NCBI GenBank assembly: GCA_963663965.2
Contig: CAXXFK010000030.1
Span: 1-64,000, forward strand
Direction: 5' to 3'
Length of the DNA stretch: 64,000 nt
Source of the DNA: Sedimentisphaerales bacterium
GTDB taxonomy: Bacteria > Planctomycetota > Phycisphaerae > Sedimentisphaerales > SM23-30
The notes beneath the pieces are model-generated. The model was given only the letters and a program-made list of their open reading frames with translations. It ran no database searches and was not told where the DNA came from. Every line of letters starts with the position of its first letter. Position 1 is the first letter of the stretch. Below are positions 1-10,248 of the stretch, piece after piece. A program made the translations under genes and the position numbers.

Positions 1-45
1 AATTACGATCGGTTCTGATCTTTGAGCGGTTAAGTTCCCGGTACG

Positions 46-1047
46 CTAAGGTTTCGTGTGTTGGGACGTGTTGCCCTGACGCAGGGTATCAGATAAGGAT
101 GGCGAGAGCAGCTGACCGTTGGGGAGGGTGCGCCATTTGGATTTTCTGAAATCGCGCCAGAATCCGGGTCGTTCGCGGGTGATTGTTTCATCACTGCCCA
201 GGGTCAGGCGGCACCAGCCGTTATCGCCGGGAACGTCGGGGGTGTTGCGTTTGGCGGGGAAGGCAATGTCTCCTAGGGGGATGATTTGAGTGTTGAGATT
301 GGGGCCGAACTTTTCAATTGCCATATTGGGTGTGGAATGGCCGTGGAACCAGTATCGGCATATTTCGGTGTCTGCAATTAAGTCCAAAATAGAAGCGCCG
401 TGTTCACCTTGGTTGACCTGGGGGCCCTGGTGTGTGATCAGGATATCAAACGGGTCGGAATCCAGCAAATGGAGAACGGCCTGATCGTTGATATAGGCCA
501 GGTCGTGATAGCCGGCCCGGCGCCGGCCGGATTCGATGCCGCCGATACCGCCGATTGTGATGCCGGATCGGGTGTGACACTTCCAGCCGGAGGGCAAATA
601 GCGAATATAACCGGCGGAATCAACGGCTGGCAAGTTGGAGATTGGGATGGTTTCGGCGGGAACGGGATCGGTAATGAGACCGGCCAGATGGGTAAAGCCT
701 TCGTGATTGCCGTGGACCATCACCACCGGGCAGGTGAGGCCCAGGCCGTTTTGGGTGGTGGGGGTGAAGATCCGGGCCAGCCAGTGGGGTTGGGGGGTTA
801 CAGACCACTGATATAGGAATTCCAGTTCACAGGGATTGGATCGGGCGTGGCGCCGGGTAGTGCTGTCCAGTTGAGATTCATCGGTGAATGTGCCAACGTC
901 GCCACAGAGCAGGACCGCATCAAAGGGGGTATTCAGTATTTGCTGCCATCGGGCCGCGACGCAAAGAGCCAGTTGCAGATGGCCGTGGGTGTCACCGATG
1001 ACACAAAGAGAAGTGTTTTGATGGCTGATATTGTCCGGACTGTTCAT
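46..1047 (-). CDS. Calcineurin-like metallophosphoesterase
   Basis: Motifs GDTHG, CGDVG, HGNHE, THQGP and FHGH in canonical order. Confidence 0.85.
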   Translation of the reverse strand: MNSPDNISHQNTSLCVIGDTHGHLQLALCVAARWQQILNTPFDAVLLCGDVGTFTDESQLDSTTRRHARSNPCELEFLYQWSVTPQPHWLARIFTPTTQNGLGLTCPVVMVHGNHEGFTHLAGLITDPVPAETIPISNLPAVDSAGYIRYLPSGWKCHTRSGITIGGIGGIESGRRRAGYHDLAYINDQAVLHLLDSDPFDILITHQGPQVNQGEHGASILDLIADTEICRYWFHGHSTPNMAIEKFGPNLNTQIIPLGDIAFPAKRNTPDVPGDNGWCRLTLGSDETITRERPGFWRDFRKSKWRTLPNGQLLSPSLSDTLRQGNTSQHTKP

Positions 1048-1199
1048 GGCTGGCCGCTTTCAGAGCCAAGGTTTTTCGTATTGGTACAGATGAGCCTTAA
1101 CGGAGTTTTATTGTAGAGGAAATCTGAAGTTCGGACAAGTATTTAGCGGCGGACCGGAGGGGATAACCAAGGGAGGCGCTGGTGGATATCACTAAAAAA

Positions 1200-1225
1200 G
1201 GGCAACCACGGGGGGTTGCCCTTAC
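1200..1225 (-). repeat. REP-like palindrome (minus strand GTAAGGGCAACCCCCCGTGGTTGCCC); possible terminator for the GH128 gene
   Basis: GGGCAACC/GGTTGCCC stem with a GTA tag, flanked by A and T runs; near-identical copy at 13188-13213. Confidence 0.75.
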
Positions 1226-1240
1226 TTTTTTGGGGGGTGA

Positions 1241-4108
1241 TTATTGGAGCCAGTTGTGGGTCAGGAGATCGAAGTCCGTGAGGGTGACGGCCTGGTCGTT
1301 GTTGAGGTCGGCGCCGGAGCAGGCAGGGGTATCGAGGCAGCCCTGTTCGAGCCAATGGGCGGCGAGACCGAGCAGATCTTCGACACCACGGGCGCCGGAA
1401 TAAATATTGGCAACCTGGATGGTCATCAGATTGGTGTCGTAGAGTCCGGTGGAATCGGAGACGCGGACCGTGAAGGTATTTGGGCCGGTATCGGCGTCGA
1501 GTGGGATACCAGACAATGTGCCGTTAGTGGCAATGGAGAGCCAGTTGGGGCCGGTAATTTTAGTGAAAGTGACCGCGTCACTGTCGGGATCGGCGGCGTT
1601 GCCCGCCAAAGTGTCGCTGTAGGCGGTGTTTTCGATGGCGGCAGTTTTGACCACGGGGCTGGTGTCGAAGGCCGGCGGCTGATTTTGCGGCGGCCAGATG
1701 CGGGAATCCAGAATACTGAACCAGGCGCTGCCGGAACTGTTATTGCCGGTCATGGTAATAGTGACATAGCGGCCGGTCGTGGGCGCGAATGAGGTTTCCC
1801 AGAATCCGGTACTCGTATAGCTGTTGCCGCTGAAAACCGGGACGCCGTCGATCTCGATGCGGAGCGGGTAGGTACGAGAGGCGCCGTTATAAAGGGCCAA
1901 CTGGACGCGGCTGATTTTCTGGCTGGAGCCGAGGTCGTATTTGATCCAGCTATTGGCTATGGCGCCGTCGTTGGCCCAGCGGGTGTTGAGGTTACGGTCA
2001 CAGGCATTGAAAGCCGGATTGCCGGATTGGGCCGAGCCTGCGGATACGGCAGCAAGGTTGAGCGGGGCATTGATAAAGCGGGCCGGTTGGTCGGAGTTGA
2101 TCAGTTCGTTGATCTGGGCGGAGGTCAGGGCGTAATCGGCGATGATGATATCATCGATCATGCCGTTAAAGAGCGGATCGGCGGACCACTGGCTGTCGCC
2201 GATGTAGTTGATGGCTGGATTGAAATCGGAAGGATTCAGCGTGATTGAACTGCTGGTTGCCCTGGGGGTTCCGTTGACGTAGAGGGCGCCGGTATTGCCA
2301 TTTAGTGTGACAGCGACATGGACCCACTGGTTGGCGGTCAATTGAGCCGTTTCGATTTTCTGTTCGTTGCCGCCGCCCCCGGATGTGGTAATGGCAAAAC
2401 GCAGGGTATTGCTCCCAGAGGTGGGTGTTAAAAACATATATTCGGTGGTGTTATTGCCGAAATCGAAGATACGCTGCCAGGAATCGCCGCCCCTCCAGTA
2501 GACCCAGGCGGCGAAAGTGAAATCGGCAGCCTGGCCCATATTGGCAGGGAGGATAAGGCGGTCGTCGACGCCGTCGAGGTTGAGGGCGTTGGCGTTGCGG
2601 CCGGCGGGGCGTTGGGGCGCGCCATAAATGAGCGGGTTGTTGCCGTTGCCGGAAACGTCGCGGAAATTGTTGTTGAAGGTATAGATAGCGGCGGCGCTTT
2701 TGCCGGAACCGGGTGTTTCCTGGCGATAGCCGATGGGAGAGACCTGGTCGCGATAGACGAAGCCGGCGGTGGTGGGCCAGCCATCGTCCCACTGGACCCG
2801 GCGGACATCTTCAACCCAGTTGTAGATGGCGTATCGCTCGACCCAGGGTGTGCTGTCGAGCATATCGAGCATGGCGCCGATGGCGGCGGCCTGCTGATCG
2901 TAGGTGGGATCGCCGCACCCGGTCCAGTTGGCGCCGTTGTTCCATTCGGTAATCCAGATGGGGCGATTGGTGCGGTCGTGGACGGCTTTGAGGAAGTTGT
3001 ACATCTGGTTGGCGGCGCCGGTTGGGTTGGAGGGATTGTAGCACCAGTAGTAGTGGACGGCGACAAAATCGACGCGGAGGTCGGCGGCGTCAGCCTGGTC
3101 GATGAAGGGGTAGAGCCAACTGTCGCGGCCGCCGTCGGTGGTGGCGGGTGAACCGACGCGCAGGCCGGTGGCGAGCAGATCAGGCCAGGACCAGATGGCG
3201 TCGCCGACGGCAATGTTGGCCTGGTCGGTGTGATCGGGTTCGTTGTAACCGAGCAGGTGCGAGGCGCCGCGGGCTTTCCAATCCTGGCCGAGACCGGGCC
3301 ACCAGCGGTTCTGGCGGATAGGAACGTATTCTTTATCGAGAGTGGAGTTCTGGTCGAGGTTCCAGTTATACCACCATTTGATATCGAGGTTGGCGCCGAT
3401 ATTGCCTCCGATGCCTTTTTTGCTGACCCAGCGCCAGGGGAAGATACGAATGAAGTTGATCTGGTTGTTGAGTTTGGCGGGCAGCACGGCGATTTCGAGG
3501 TCGCAATCCTGCGCGACGTAGTTTTTGCTGTAGCCGGTGCCGTTGGAATTCTGGGCAAAGGTGGCGGTGTAGCCGCGCTTTAATATGAAGGAACTGATAG
3601 TGTTCGCCATGGCGCCGAGGGAACTGGTCGTGTAGGCGGTATACTGGCTGAGGGAGGCGGAACTGCCCTGGAAATTGTCGCTGGTGAAGACCTGCAAGGG
3701 CTTAAAGGTTGATGATTGCGGTATGATCACCGCGCCGGAGGCGTATTCAACCACCCGGACGTTGGTATTCAGGGCCGCGTTGGTATTGTTGACTTTGACC
3801 TGGCTGAGGTATGACGCGGCGGCGACGGAGGGCTTGATGTTTTCAAGGAACAGGAAAGCATCGGTGGAGTTGAGGTTGATAGTGCAGCCGGAAAGGGGCG
3901 CGGACCCGTCGGTAAGATGGAGTTCGGAGATACCGGTCATGTTGACGATGTCGCCGGTCAGGCTGGTATAAAAGTGAATGTCGCTGGCGATGTTAATGGT
4001 CCCGGCGCCGGCTGATTGCAAACAGACCGGCAGGAAGCCGAGGATGACAGACAAAAACCAGGTGTAGTGGATAATAGTGTTCCGGTGGGAGTGGGATCGA
4101 TTTTTCAT
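1241..4108 (-). CDS. Secreted GH128-like glycoside hydrolase with LamG, F5/8 (CBM32-like), cadherin-like and dockerin-like C-terminal domains
   Basis: Signal-like N-terminus; WWYNW, LGYNEPD, AVHYY, PIWITEW; LamG WQRIFDFG; GPNWLSI cadherin-like repeat; ADLNND tail. Confidence 0.8.
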   Translation of the reverse strand: MKNRSHSHRNTIIHYTWFLSVILGFLPVCLQSAGAGTINIASDIHFYTSLTGDIVNMTGISELHLTDGSAPLSGCTINLNSTDAFLFLENIKPSVAAASYLSQVKVNNTNAALNTNVRVVEYASGAVIIPQSSTFKPLQVFTSDNFQGSSASLSQYTAYTTSSLGAMANTISSFILKRGYTATFAQNSNGTGYSKNYVAQDCDLEIAVLPAKLNNQINFIRIFPWRWVSKKGIGGNIGANLDIKWWYNWNLDQNSTLDKEYVPIRQNRWWPGLGQDWKARGASHLLGYNEPDHTDQANIAVGDAIWSWPDLLATGLRVGSPATTDGGRDSWLYPFIDQADAADLRVDFVAVHYYWCYNPSNPTGAANQMYNFLKAVHDRTNRPIWITEWNNGANWTGCGDPTYDQQAAAIGAMLDMLDSTPWVERYAIYNWVEDVRRVQWDDGWPTTAGFVYRDQVSPIGYRQETPGSGKSAAAIYTFNNNFRDVSGNGNNPLIYGAPQRPAGRNANALNLDGVDDRLILPANMGQAADFTFAAWVYWRGGDSWQRIFDFGNNTTEYMFLTPTSGSNTLRFAITTSGGGGNEQKIETAQLTANQWVHVAVTLNGNTGALYVNGTPRATSSSITLNPSDFNPAINYIGDSQWSADPLFNGMIDDIIIADYALTSAQINELINSDQPARFINAPLNLAAVSAGSAQSGNPAFNACDRNLNTRWANDGAIANSWIKYDLGSSQKISRVQLALYNGASRTYPLRIEIDGVPVFSGNSYTSTGFWETSFAPTTGRYVTITMTGNNSSGSAWFSILDSRIWPPQNQPPAFDTSPVVKTAAIENTAYSDTLAGNAADPDSDAVTFTKITGPNWLSIATNGTLSGIPLDADTGPNTFTVRVSDSTGLYDTNLMTIQVANIYSGARGVEDLLGLAAHWLEQGCLDTPACSGADLNNDQAVTLTDFDLLTHNWLQ

Positions 4109-4330
4109 GGTTAATCTGGGGGGGGCTGTTTTTTCCGTGTTTATGTTCTTTTCGTTCCTTAGAGCTATATAAAATTATAATAAAAACGGGCGGTTGGAGC
4201 AAAGGAATTATGGTTTTGGCTTGATTTGGGATTGGGTCTGATAATGTTTGAAATTTACTTGGAGAATAAAAGTAAAAAAGCCAAAAAGGGATCAGGCGAA
4301 TCGCTTTGTGAAAAATATCACAGAATGGGG

Positions 4331-4359
4331 TTGACATGGGTTAACAGGGTGTTTATAAT
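4331..4359 (+). promoter_or_regulatory. Consensus sigma70 promoter for DUF1015-serC
   Basis: TTGACA, 17-bp spacer, TATAAT: perfect match. Confidence 0.8.
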
Positions 4360-4465
4360 ATCACTCTATTTGCCGGGACAAGGAGTATCCGGGGAGGCGA
4401 TTGGGATTTGTAAGTGATTGTTTTGCATTGAGTTATTGGCTATTAACCGAATAGAAGGCTGAAGT

Positions 4466-5776
4466 ATGAATATTAAACCCTTTCGGGGTTATCGATTTAA
4501 TGGCGCGGTGGTGGGTGATCCAGGGATGTGTATTGCGCCGCCGTATGATGTGATTGATGGTGAGCAGCAGCAGGCGCTGTATGATCGCAGCGATTATAAT
4601 GTTGTGCGGATAACCAAAGGCAAGCCGAACGCGTCGGATACCGGCCAGGATAATGTCTATACCCGCGCGGCGGACTTTTTCAAGCAGTTTATCGAGGCGC
4701 GCGCGCTGGTTCAGGATGAGGTGGAAACGATTTACGTGTATGCCCAGGAGTTTGAGGTGGCCGGTCAGCGCTGGCGGCGGAGCGGTTTTATCGCGCTGGG
4801 TGAACTGGAAGAATATGGCGGGAAGATCAAGCCGCATGAGCAGACACTGGCCGGCCCGAAGGCGGACCGGTTGAACCTGATGCGGGCGACAGGGGCGAAT
4901 ACCGGGCAGATCTTTATGCTGTACAGCGAGCCGGAAAAGACGGTGGACGCGCAATTGGAGAAGGCGGCCGAAGGCGAGCCGCTGCTGGTGTGTGAGGATG
5001 AGGGCGTGCGGCATACCTTGTATGCCATCACCGACCCGGCGGCGATCCAGGCGATCCAGCAGGCGCTGGCGGAGCATCATGTGTTTATCGCGGACGGACA
5101 TCATCGTTATGAGACGGCGCTGAATTACTCGCGCGAATGCAACGAGCCGGCGGCGCGGTACTGTATGATGACGTTTGTTAATACGCACAATGAGGGGCTG
5201 GTGATCCTGCCGACGCACCGGCTGGTGCACAGTCTGGCGACGTTTTCGATGGGCGATCTGCTGGCGGCGATGACGCCGTATTTTGATGTGGCGCGGATGG
5301 CGTTTGGCGATATTGTAGAGAAGAAATCGCGTCTGGGCCAGATGAACGAGGCGCTGCGGTTTGAATACGAGAGCGGCGAGCACGCTTTTGGTATGTACTG
5401 TGATGACGGCGCGTTTTATGTGGCGACGTTGCGAAGCGAAGCGGTGATGGCAGAACTGGCCCCGGACAAGAGCGAGGCCTGGCGGAAGCTGGATGTGGCC
5501 ATTCTGCACAAGTTGATTCTGGAGAAGATGATGGGGATCGACGAGGCGGCGCTGAGTTCGGAGTCGAACGTGGAATATATCAAGGATTTTGGAGATGCGA
5601 CCCTGGCGGCAATCGACCGGGTGGATGAGGGCTCGGCGCAGATCCTGTTCTTTATGAATACAACCCGGCCGGACGATGTCGAGGCGGTGGCGGGACACGG
5701 CGAGAAGATGCCGCAGAAATCGACGTTTTTCTATCCGAAAATATTTTCGGGGCTGGTGATAAACAAAATTGTTTGA
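4466..5776 (+). CDS. DUF1015 family protein (ParB/SerK-like fold)
   Basis: PPYDVI, IKPHEQT, IADGHHRYETA, MPQKSTFFYPK; next to serC. Confidence 0.9.
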   Translation: MNIKPFRGYRFNGAVVGDPGMCIAPPYDVIDGEQQQALYDRSDYNVVRITKGKPNASDTGQDNVYTRAADFFKQFIEARALVQDEVETIYVYAQEFEVAGQRWRRSGFIALGELEEYGGKIKPHEQTLAGPKADRLNLMRATGANTGQIFMLYSEPEKTVDAQLEKAAEGEPLLVCEDEGVRHTLYAITDPAAIQAIQQALAEHHVFIADGHHRYETALNYSRECNEPAARYCMMTFVNTHNEGLVILPTHRLVHSLATFSMGDLLAAMTPYFDVARMAFGDIVEKKSRLGQMNEALRFEYESGEHAFGMYCDDGAFYVATLRSEAVMAELAPDKSEAWRKLDVAILHKLILEKMMGIDEAALSSESNVEYIKDFGDATLAAIDRVDEGSAQILFFMNTTRPDDVEAVAGHGEKMPQKSTFFYPKIFSGLVINKIV

Positions 5777-5880
5777 AGGGGAACGGCGCCCACAAGCCAC
5801 GCTTGATGACGCTCCTCAACTGTTGACCATTTAACCTTTTTTTCAATATCAGGACACTCTTCTTATTAAGGAGAACGATC

Positions 5881-6972
5881 ATGGCAAGACCTTATAATTT
5901 TTATGCCGGACCGGCGGCAATCCCATTGCCGGCGCTGCAGGCTGTTCAAAGTGAATTGCTGGACTATAACGGCAGCGGATTGAGTATTATGGAAGTATCG
6001 CACCGGGGCAAGGATTATGACCACGTGCATGAGGAAACCATCGCACTGGTAAAAGAGCTGATGGGACTGGATGACCGGTTCCATGTGCTGCTGCTGCATG
6101 GCGGGGCCAGTACCCAGTTCGCCATGGTGCCGATGAATTTTCTGCCGGCGGATGGCTCGGCGGATTATATCCTTACCGGCGAATGGAGCAAGAAGGCGCT
6201 GAAGGAAGCGAAGGGTCTGGGCAAGCCGCGCGTGGCGGCGACGACCGAACTGGAAGGCGGGGTATTCCGGGCGATTCCGAAACAGGACCAACTGGATCTG
6301 GACGCGAATGCGGCCTATTGCCACTTTACCACCAACAACACCATTTTCGGCACCCAGTTCAACACCATGCCGCAGACGGGCGATGTCCCGCTGGTGGCGG
6401 ATATGTCCAGCGATATTCTGTCGCGCCAGATCGATCCCAGTCCATTTGGGTTGATCTACGCGGGCGCGCAGAAAAACCTGGGGCCGTCTGGCCTGGCGCT
6501 GGTGGTGATCCGCGATGATATGGTGGGCAAGTGCAAGGCGGGCGTGCCGACCATGTTCTCTTACAAGACACATGTGGATAAAAACTCCCTGTTCAATACG
6601 CCGCCGTGTCTGGCGATTTATGTGATGAACAAGGTACTGCACTGGCTGAAAGGCGAGGGCGGTGTGGACGCGATCGAGAAGGTGAACGCGGAAAAGGCCG
6701 CGATCATTTATGGCGCCATCGACGGTTCGGGCGGGTATTATCGCAATACCATCGCGCCGGAAGACCGTTCGAAGATGAATATTGTGTTCAACCTGCCCAG
6801 TGAAGAGCTGGAGAAGAAGTTTGTGAAGGAAGGCGAAGCCGCCGGCTTTATCGGGATCAAGGGCCACCGCAGTGTGGGCGGGATCCGGATTTCGGCTTAT
6901 AACGCCGCGCCGCTGCAGGCCGCCAAGGACGTGGCTGTGTTTATGAAAGAGTTCTGCGCGAAAAACGGCTAA
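5881..6972 (+). CDS. serC: Phosphoserine aminotransferase
   Basis: NFYAGPA, MEVSHR, GAQKNLGPSG (PLP lysine), NTPP, GHRSVGGIR. Confidence 0.97.
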   Translation: MARPYNFYAGPAAIPLPALQAVQSELLDYNGSGLSIMEVSHRGKDYDHVHEETIALVKELMGLDDRFHVLLLHGGASTQFAMVPMNFLPADGSADYILTGEWSKKALKEAKGLGKPRVAATTELEGGVFRAIPKQDQLDLDANAAYCHFTTNNTIFGTQFNTMPQTGDVPLVADMSSDILSRQIDPSPFGLIYAGAQKNLGPSGLALVVIRDDMVGKCKAGVPTMFSYKTHVDKNSLFNTPPCLAIYVMNKVLHWLKGEGGVDAIEKVNAEKAAIIYGAIDGSGGYYRNTIAPEDRSKMNIVFNLPSEELEKKFVKEGEAAGFIGIKGHRSVGGIRISAYNAAPLQAAKDVAVFMKEFCAKNG

Positions 6973-7001
6973 GCCGCGGGAGCCCTATTAAAAAAAGAAA
7001 C

Positions 7002-7030
7002 AAGGCTCGCAGGAATGCGGGTCTTTTTTT
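7002..7030 (+). terminator. Rho-independent terminator after serC
   Basis: GGCTCGCA-GGAA-TGCGGGTC stem followed by a T run. Confidence 0.7.
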
Positions 7031-7218
7031 ATGCGCCCGCAAGGCATGGCCGGGGGGCGGTCGGCGCGGGCCGCAAGATTTTTGGTCCGGCGCGCCGTAT
7101 TCTGGCCGTATTTTTGCAATATTTGCGGGACCGGGTGCGTCACTATTGGCATAGGGGCGGTCCGATTGGCCGTTTGCCGTCAGTATTCAGACGCAGGTTC
7201 GTCAAACTGAGGAATTTC

Positions 7219-10041
7219 ATGCGAAGACAATTTCAAACAGCCATCCACCGGATTTATAGCGCATTTACTAACCATAACCAGGATTTAACCATTGGCCGGG
7301 CGGCTCTTTTCCTGTTGTTGTGTCTGCCGGCTGCAGCCTTTTCCGGTTCGATCAAATTGAATGACAAAGGGATCGAGATCGACGGCGGCAATATGGGAAC
7401 CTTTCAGTTGAAAATGCTGTCCATTCAGGTGAAAGGCAACTATCAGGACCCGATTGAGGTGCGCTTGAACGGCAATGAACTCCAGGCTAAATACGCCGCC
7501 GGGATCCGGCTTTCGATCAAGCTCGAAGATAAAGAGACGGTGGCGTTGCGATTTTCCGGTGATACCTCGAATCTGACCCAATTTAAATTGAGCGAGTTTC
7601 ATATCCCGTTCAATTACGCGGATGGCGGGACCTGGATGATCGGCGATGATCCGGCCCGGCCGTTTCCCAGGGAGCAGCCCGCCAAGCCCTTTTTATATCA
7701 GGGTAATGCCTCGAAATTTCAACTGGCCAGTCTGGATGGTCAGAAGATCCGGATCGGTATCCCGCCCTATTCGTATCAGCAGTTGCAGGATAATCGGGAA
7801 TGGGGCTGGAAGATCTTTGACTGGTGGTGCCAGATCCCGTTTAATAAGGACTGGGATGTTCATAAAATTACCGTTCAGTTCGATCAGAGCGACGCACAGG
7901 CAGTCAAGCTGGTTGATCGTTTCGGCCAGAGCACGCGCAAGGCATTTCCGGGAAAAATCAGCCGGGAATCGGAATTGAAAAGTGATGCCGAAAATGAATC
8001 GGCTTACTACCAATCCCTGCAACCGCCGCCAGTGGATCGATGGGGCGGACTGCCAACCAGCGGCGAAAAACTGGGCTTAAAGAAAACCGGGTTCTTTCAC
8101 GTCGAGCAGCGGGCGGGTCGATGGATCCTGGTTGATCCGGATGGCAACGCGTTCTTTCACCTGGGTATCTGCAGCTTCGGTTTTACCGAGGATTATACCA
8201 CAATCGCCGGCCGGGAATCGATTTATGAATGGCTGCCCTCCCACGACGGCGCGTACAAAGACGCCTGGCACACGGATCGATGGTGGAATCCCCGGGCGGT
8301 CTCGTTCTACAAGGCCAACCTGATTCGCAAATATGGCCGCTTCAACCAGGATGAATGGACGGGTATGATGGTGGATCGCATTCGCCGGATGGGCTTTAAT
8401 TCCATCGGGGCGTTCTCCGGCTCGCCGGTCTTTAAGGAAAAAGGGATCCCCTATGTCGCGCATCTGCCGCTGGGACAACAGGCCGTGGGGAAATTCATTC
8501 CCGGCATTCGGGGCGTGTTCGATCCGTTCGATGACACCGTTTTGAAAAAAATGGATGAACAGTTCGCCGGCAGCGTCGCGGCCCTGGCGGATGAGCCGCT
8601 GATCATCGGTTATTTTCTGGAAAACGAGCAGGCAATGGAGGATATTCCCAGGGTGGTACCCACGCTGGATGGCGCCTTCGCCTGCAAACGCGAACTGGTG
8701 GACCGGCTGCGAAAAAAGTATGGCACGGTTGACGCATTCAACCGGGCCTGGGGAACCGAAGCGGTTTCTTTTGACGCGCTCAGGGATCAGGGTCTGCCGG
8801 TCACTACGGAAGCGGCCTTTGAGGATATCCATGGCTATCTGGAGCATTTTCTGGATGCTTATTACCGGTCCGTGGTCCAGACGTTTCGCAAATACGACCG
8901 CCATCATCTGCTGATCGGCAATCGCTGGCAGCCGGGCACGGCCAACAACGAAACGCTGTGCCGGGTGGCCGGGCGGTATCTGGATGTGGTCAGTATCAAT
9001 TATTACGCCGACCGCATTGATGAGCCATATATCCGCCGGCTCTATCAATGGACAGGCGGCAAGCCCCAGATCTGGAGCGAGTTTTATTATACCAGCGACA
9101 AAGAGAGCAATGTGTCGGGCAGCGGTCTGGATGTGGCCAGTCAGCAGGCCCGCGGACAGGCGTATCGCCAGTATGTCGAAGGCGCGGCGGCGTTGGGATT
9201 TGTCGTGGGGGTGGAATGGTTTACGCTGATTGATCAGGCGGTAACCGGGCGTTTTTTTGAAGAATTTAACGGCGAGCGGAACAATACCGGATTGTTTAAT
9301 GTACTGGATCGTCCTTATAAACCGCTGATCGCGGAGATGGTAAAAACGCATCAGGCGCTTTATGATGTCTGGCTGAACGGCAAGGCGCCTTATGTCTTTG
9401 ACCATCCGCGTTTCCGGGCGCAGGCCGATACCACCCGTTCGGTAACGGCCGGCCGCGCAGTCGGAACAATGGTGATAGATGGCAAACTCACCGGCTGGCC
9501 CAACCGTCCCTCCACTCACATCGCTTCGGACCGTCTGGTTTCGGGCAGCGATAACAAGGACTTGCAGGCCGATTTCAAGGTGTGCTGGGATGATACCCAT
9601 CTGTATATCCTGGTGAACGTTACCGATGAGTCACCCATGCAGAATGAACATACCGGGGCGGATATCTGGAATGCCGATGCGATTGAGCTGTTCATTGGCA
9701 GCCGGCAACTGGAACAGCCGGGCCCCCTGCTGTTCAGCGATCGACAGGTATTGATTGGAGCCGGCCAAAACAACCAGGTTTTTGTGGCCAATATTGCCAG
9801 ACAACCGGTTATCGAAAGTGTGGTGGCGCCCTTTGTAGACCGGCGGGGCTATACCATGGAAGCGGCTCTGCCCTGGGCGAGCCTGGCGATTGAGCCGAAA
9901 GAAGGACTGGAGCTGATTTTTGACCTGGCGATCGATGCAAGCGGCGATGGAACCCAGCGCAAAACCCAGCTGATGTGGAACGGAATTGCCAGAAATTCCT
10001 CAGACCGCAGCGCCTGGGGGAGGCTGAAGCTGCAACGGTAA
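7219..10041 (+). CDS. Secreted GH50-like (beta-agarase-like) hydrolase with C-terminal CBM9-like domain
   Basis: DRWGG, TGFFHVE, WILVDPDGNAFF, GFNSIGAFS, GYFLENE, WSEF; C-terminal IDGKL/WDDTHLY; ATG at 7219 after GAGGA (ORF track starts at 7015). Confidence 0.7.
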   Translation: MRRQFQTAIHRIYSAFTNHNQDLTIGRAALFLLLCLPAAAFSGSIKLNDKGIEIDGGNMGTFQLKMLSIQVKGNYQDPIEVRLNGNELQAKYAAGIRLSIKLEDKETVALRFSGDTSNLTQFKLSEFHIPFNYADGGTWMIGDDPARPFPREQPAKPFLYQGNASKFQLASLDGQKIRIGIPPYSYQQLQDNREWGWKIFDWWCQIPFNKDWDVHKITVQFDQSDAQAVKLVDRFGQSTRKAFPGKISRESELKSDAENESAYYQSLQPPPVDRWGGLPTSGEKLGLKKTGFFHVEQRAGRWILVDPDGNAFFHLGICSFGFTEDYTTIAGRESIYEWLPSHDGAYKDAWHTDRWWNPRAVSFYKANLIRKYGRFNQDEWTGMMVDRIRRMGFNSIGAFSGSPVFKEKGIPYVAHLPLGQQAVGKFIPGIRGVFDPFDDTVLKKMDEQFAGSVAALADEPLIIGYFLENEQAMEDIPRVVPTLDGAFACKRELVDRLRKKYGTVDAFNRAWGTEAVSFDALRDQGLPVTTEAAFEDIHGYLEHFLDAYYRSVVQTFRKYDRHHLLIGNRWQPGTANNETLCRVAGRYLDVVSINYYADRIDEPYIRRLYQWTGGKPQIWSEFYYTSDKESNVSGSGLDVASQQARGQAYRQYVEGAAALGFVVGVEWFTLIDQAVTGRFFEEFNGERNNTGLFNVLDRPYKPLIAEMVKTHQALYDVWLNGKAPYVFDHPRFRAQADTTRSVTAGRAVGTMVIDGKLTGWPNRPSTHIASDRLVSGSDNKDLQADFKVCWDDTHLYILVNVTDESPMQNEHTGADIWNADAIELFIGSRQLEQPGPLLFSDRQVLIGAGQNNQVFVANIARQPVIESVVAPFVDRRGYTMEAALPWASLAIEPKEGLELIFDLAIDASGDGTQRKTQLMWNGIARNSSDRSAWGRLKLQR

Positions 10042-10248
10042 GTGAGGGGGAAGAAATGGTTCACGCGAAGCCGCCAGACCGCGAAAGGAATACAGCCTGA
10101 GCGGCCAGCGTCGCAGGCAAAAATGAACTTGTGATAATTATTCTCCACAAATGGCTCGGATGAAGAAATCCGAATCAACGCCCGATGTGCTTCTACGAAA
10201 TAACGAAAAACAAAATGCGAAAATCAACGGTATGGAAAGGGATGCGAT

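Noticed and set aside
4433..9600. Long antisense or alternate-frame ORFs (4433-5800, 5866-6867, 8077-9600; likewise 15368-16459 and 27927-29075)
   Set aside because: They are shadows of well-supported GC-rich genes and have no motifs.
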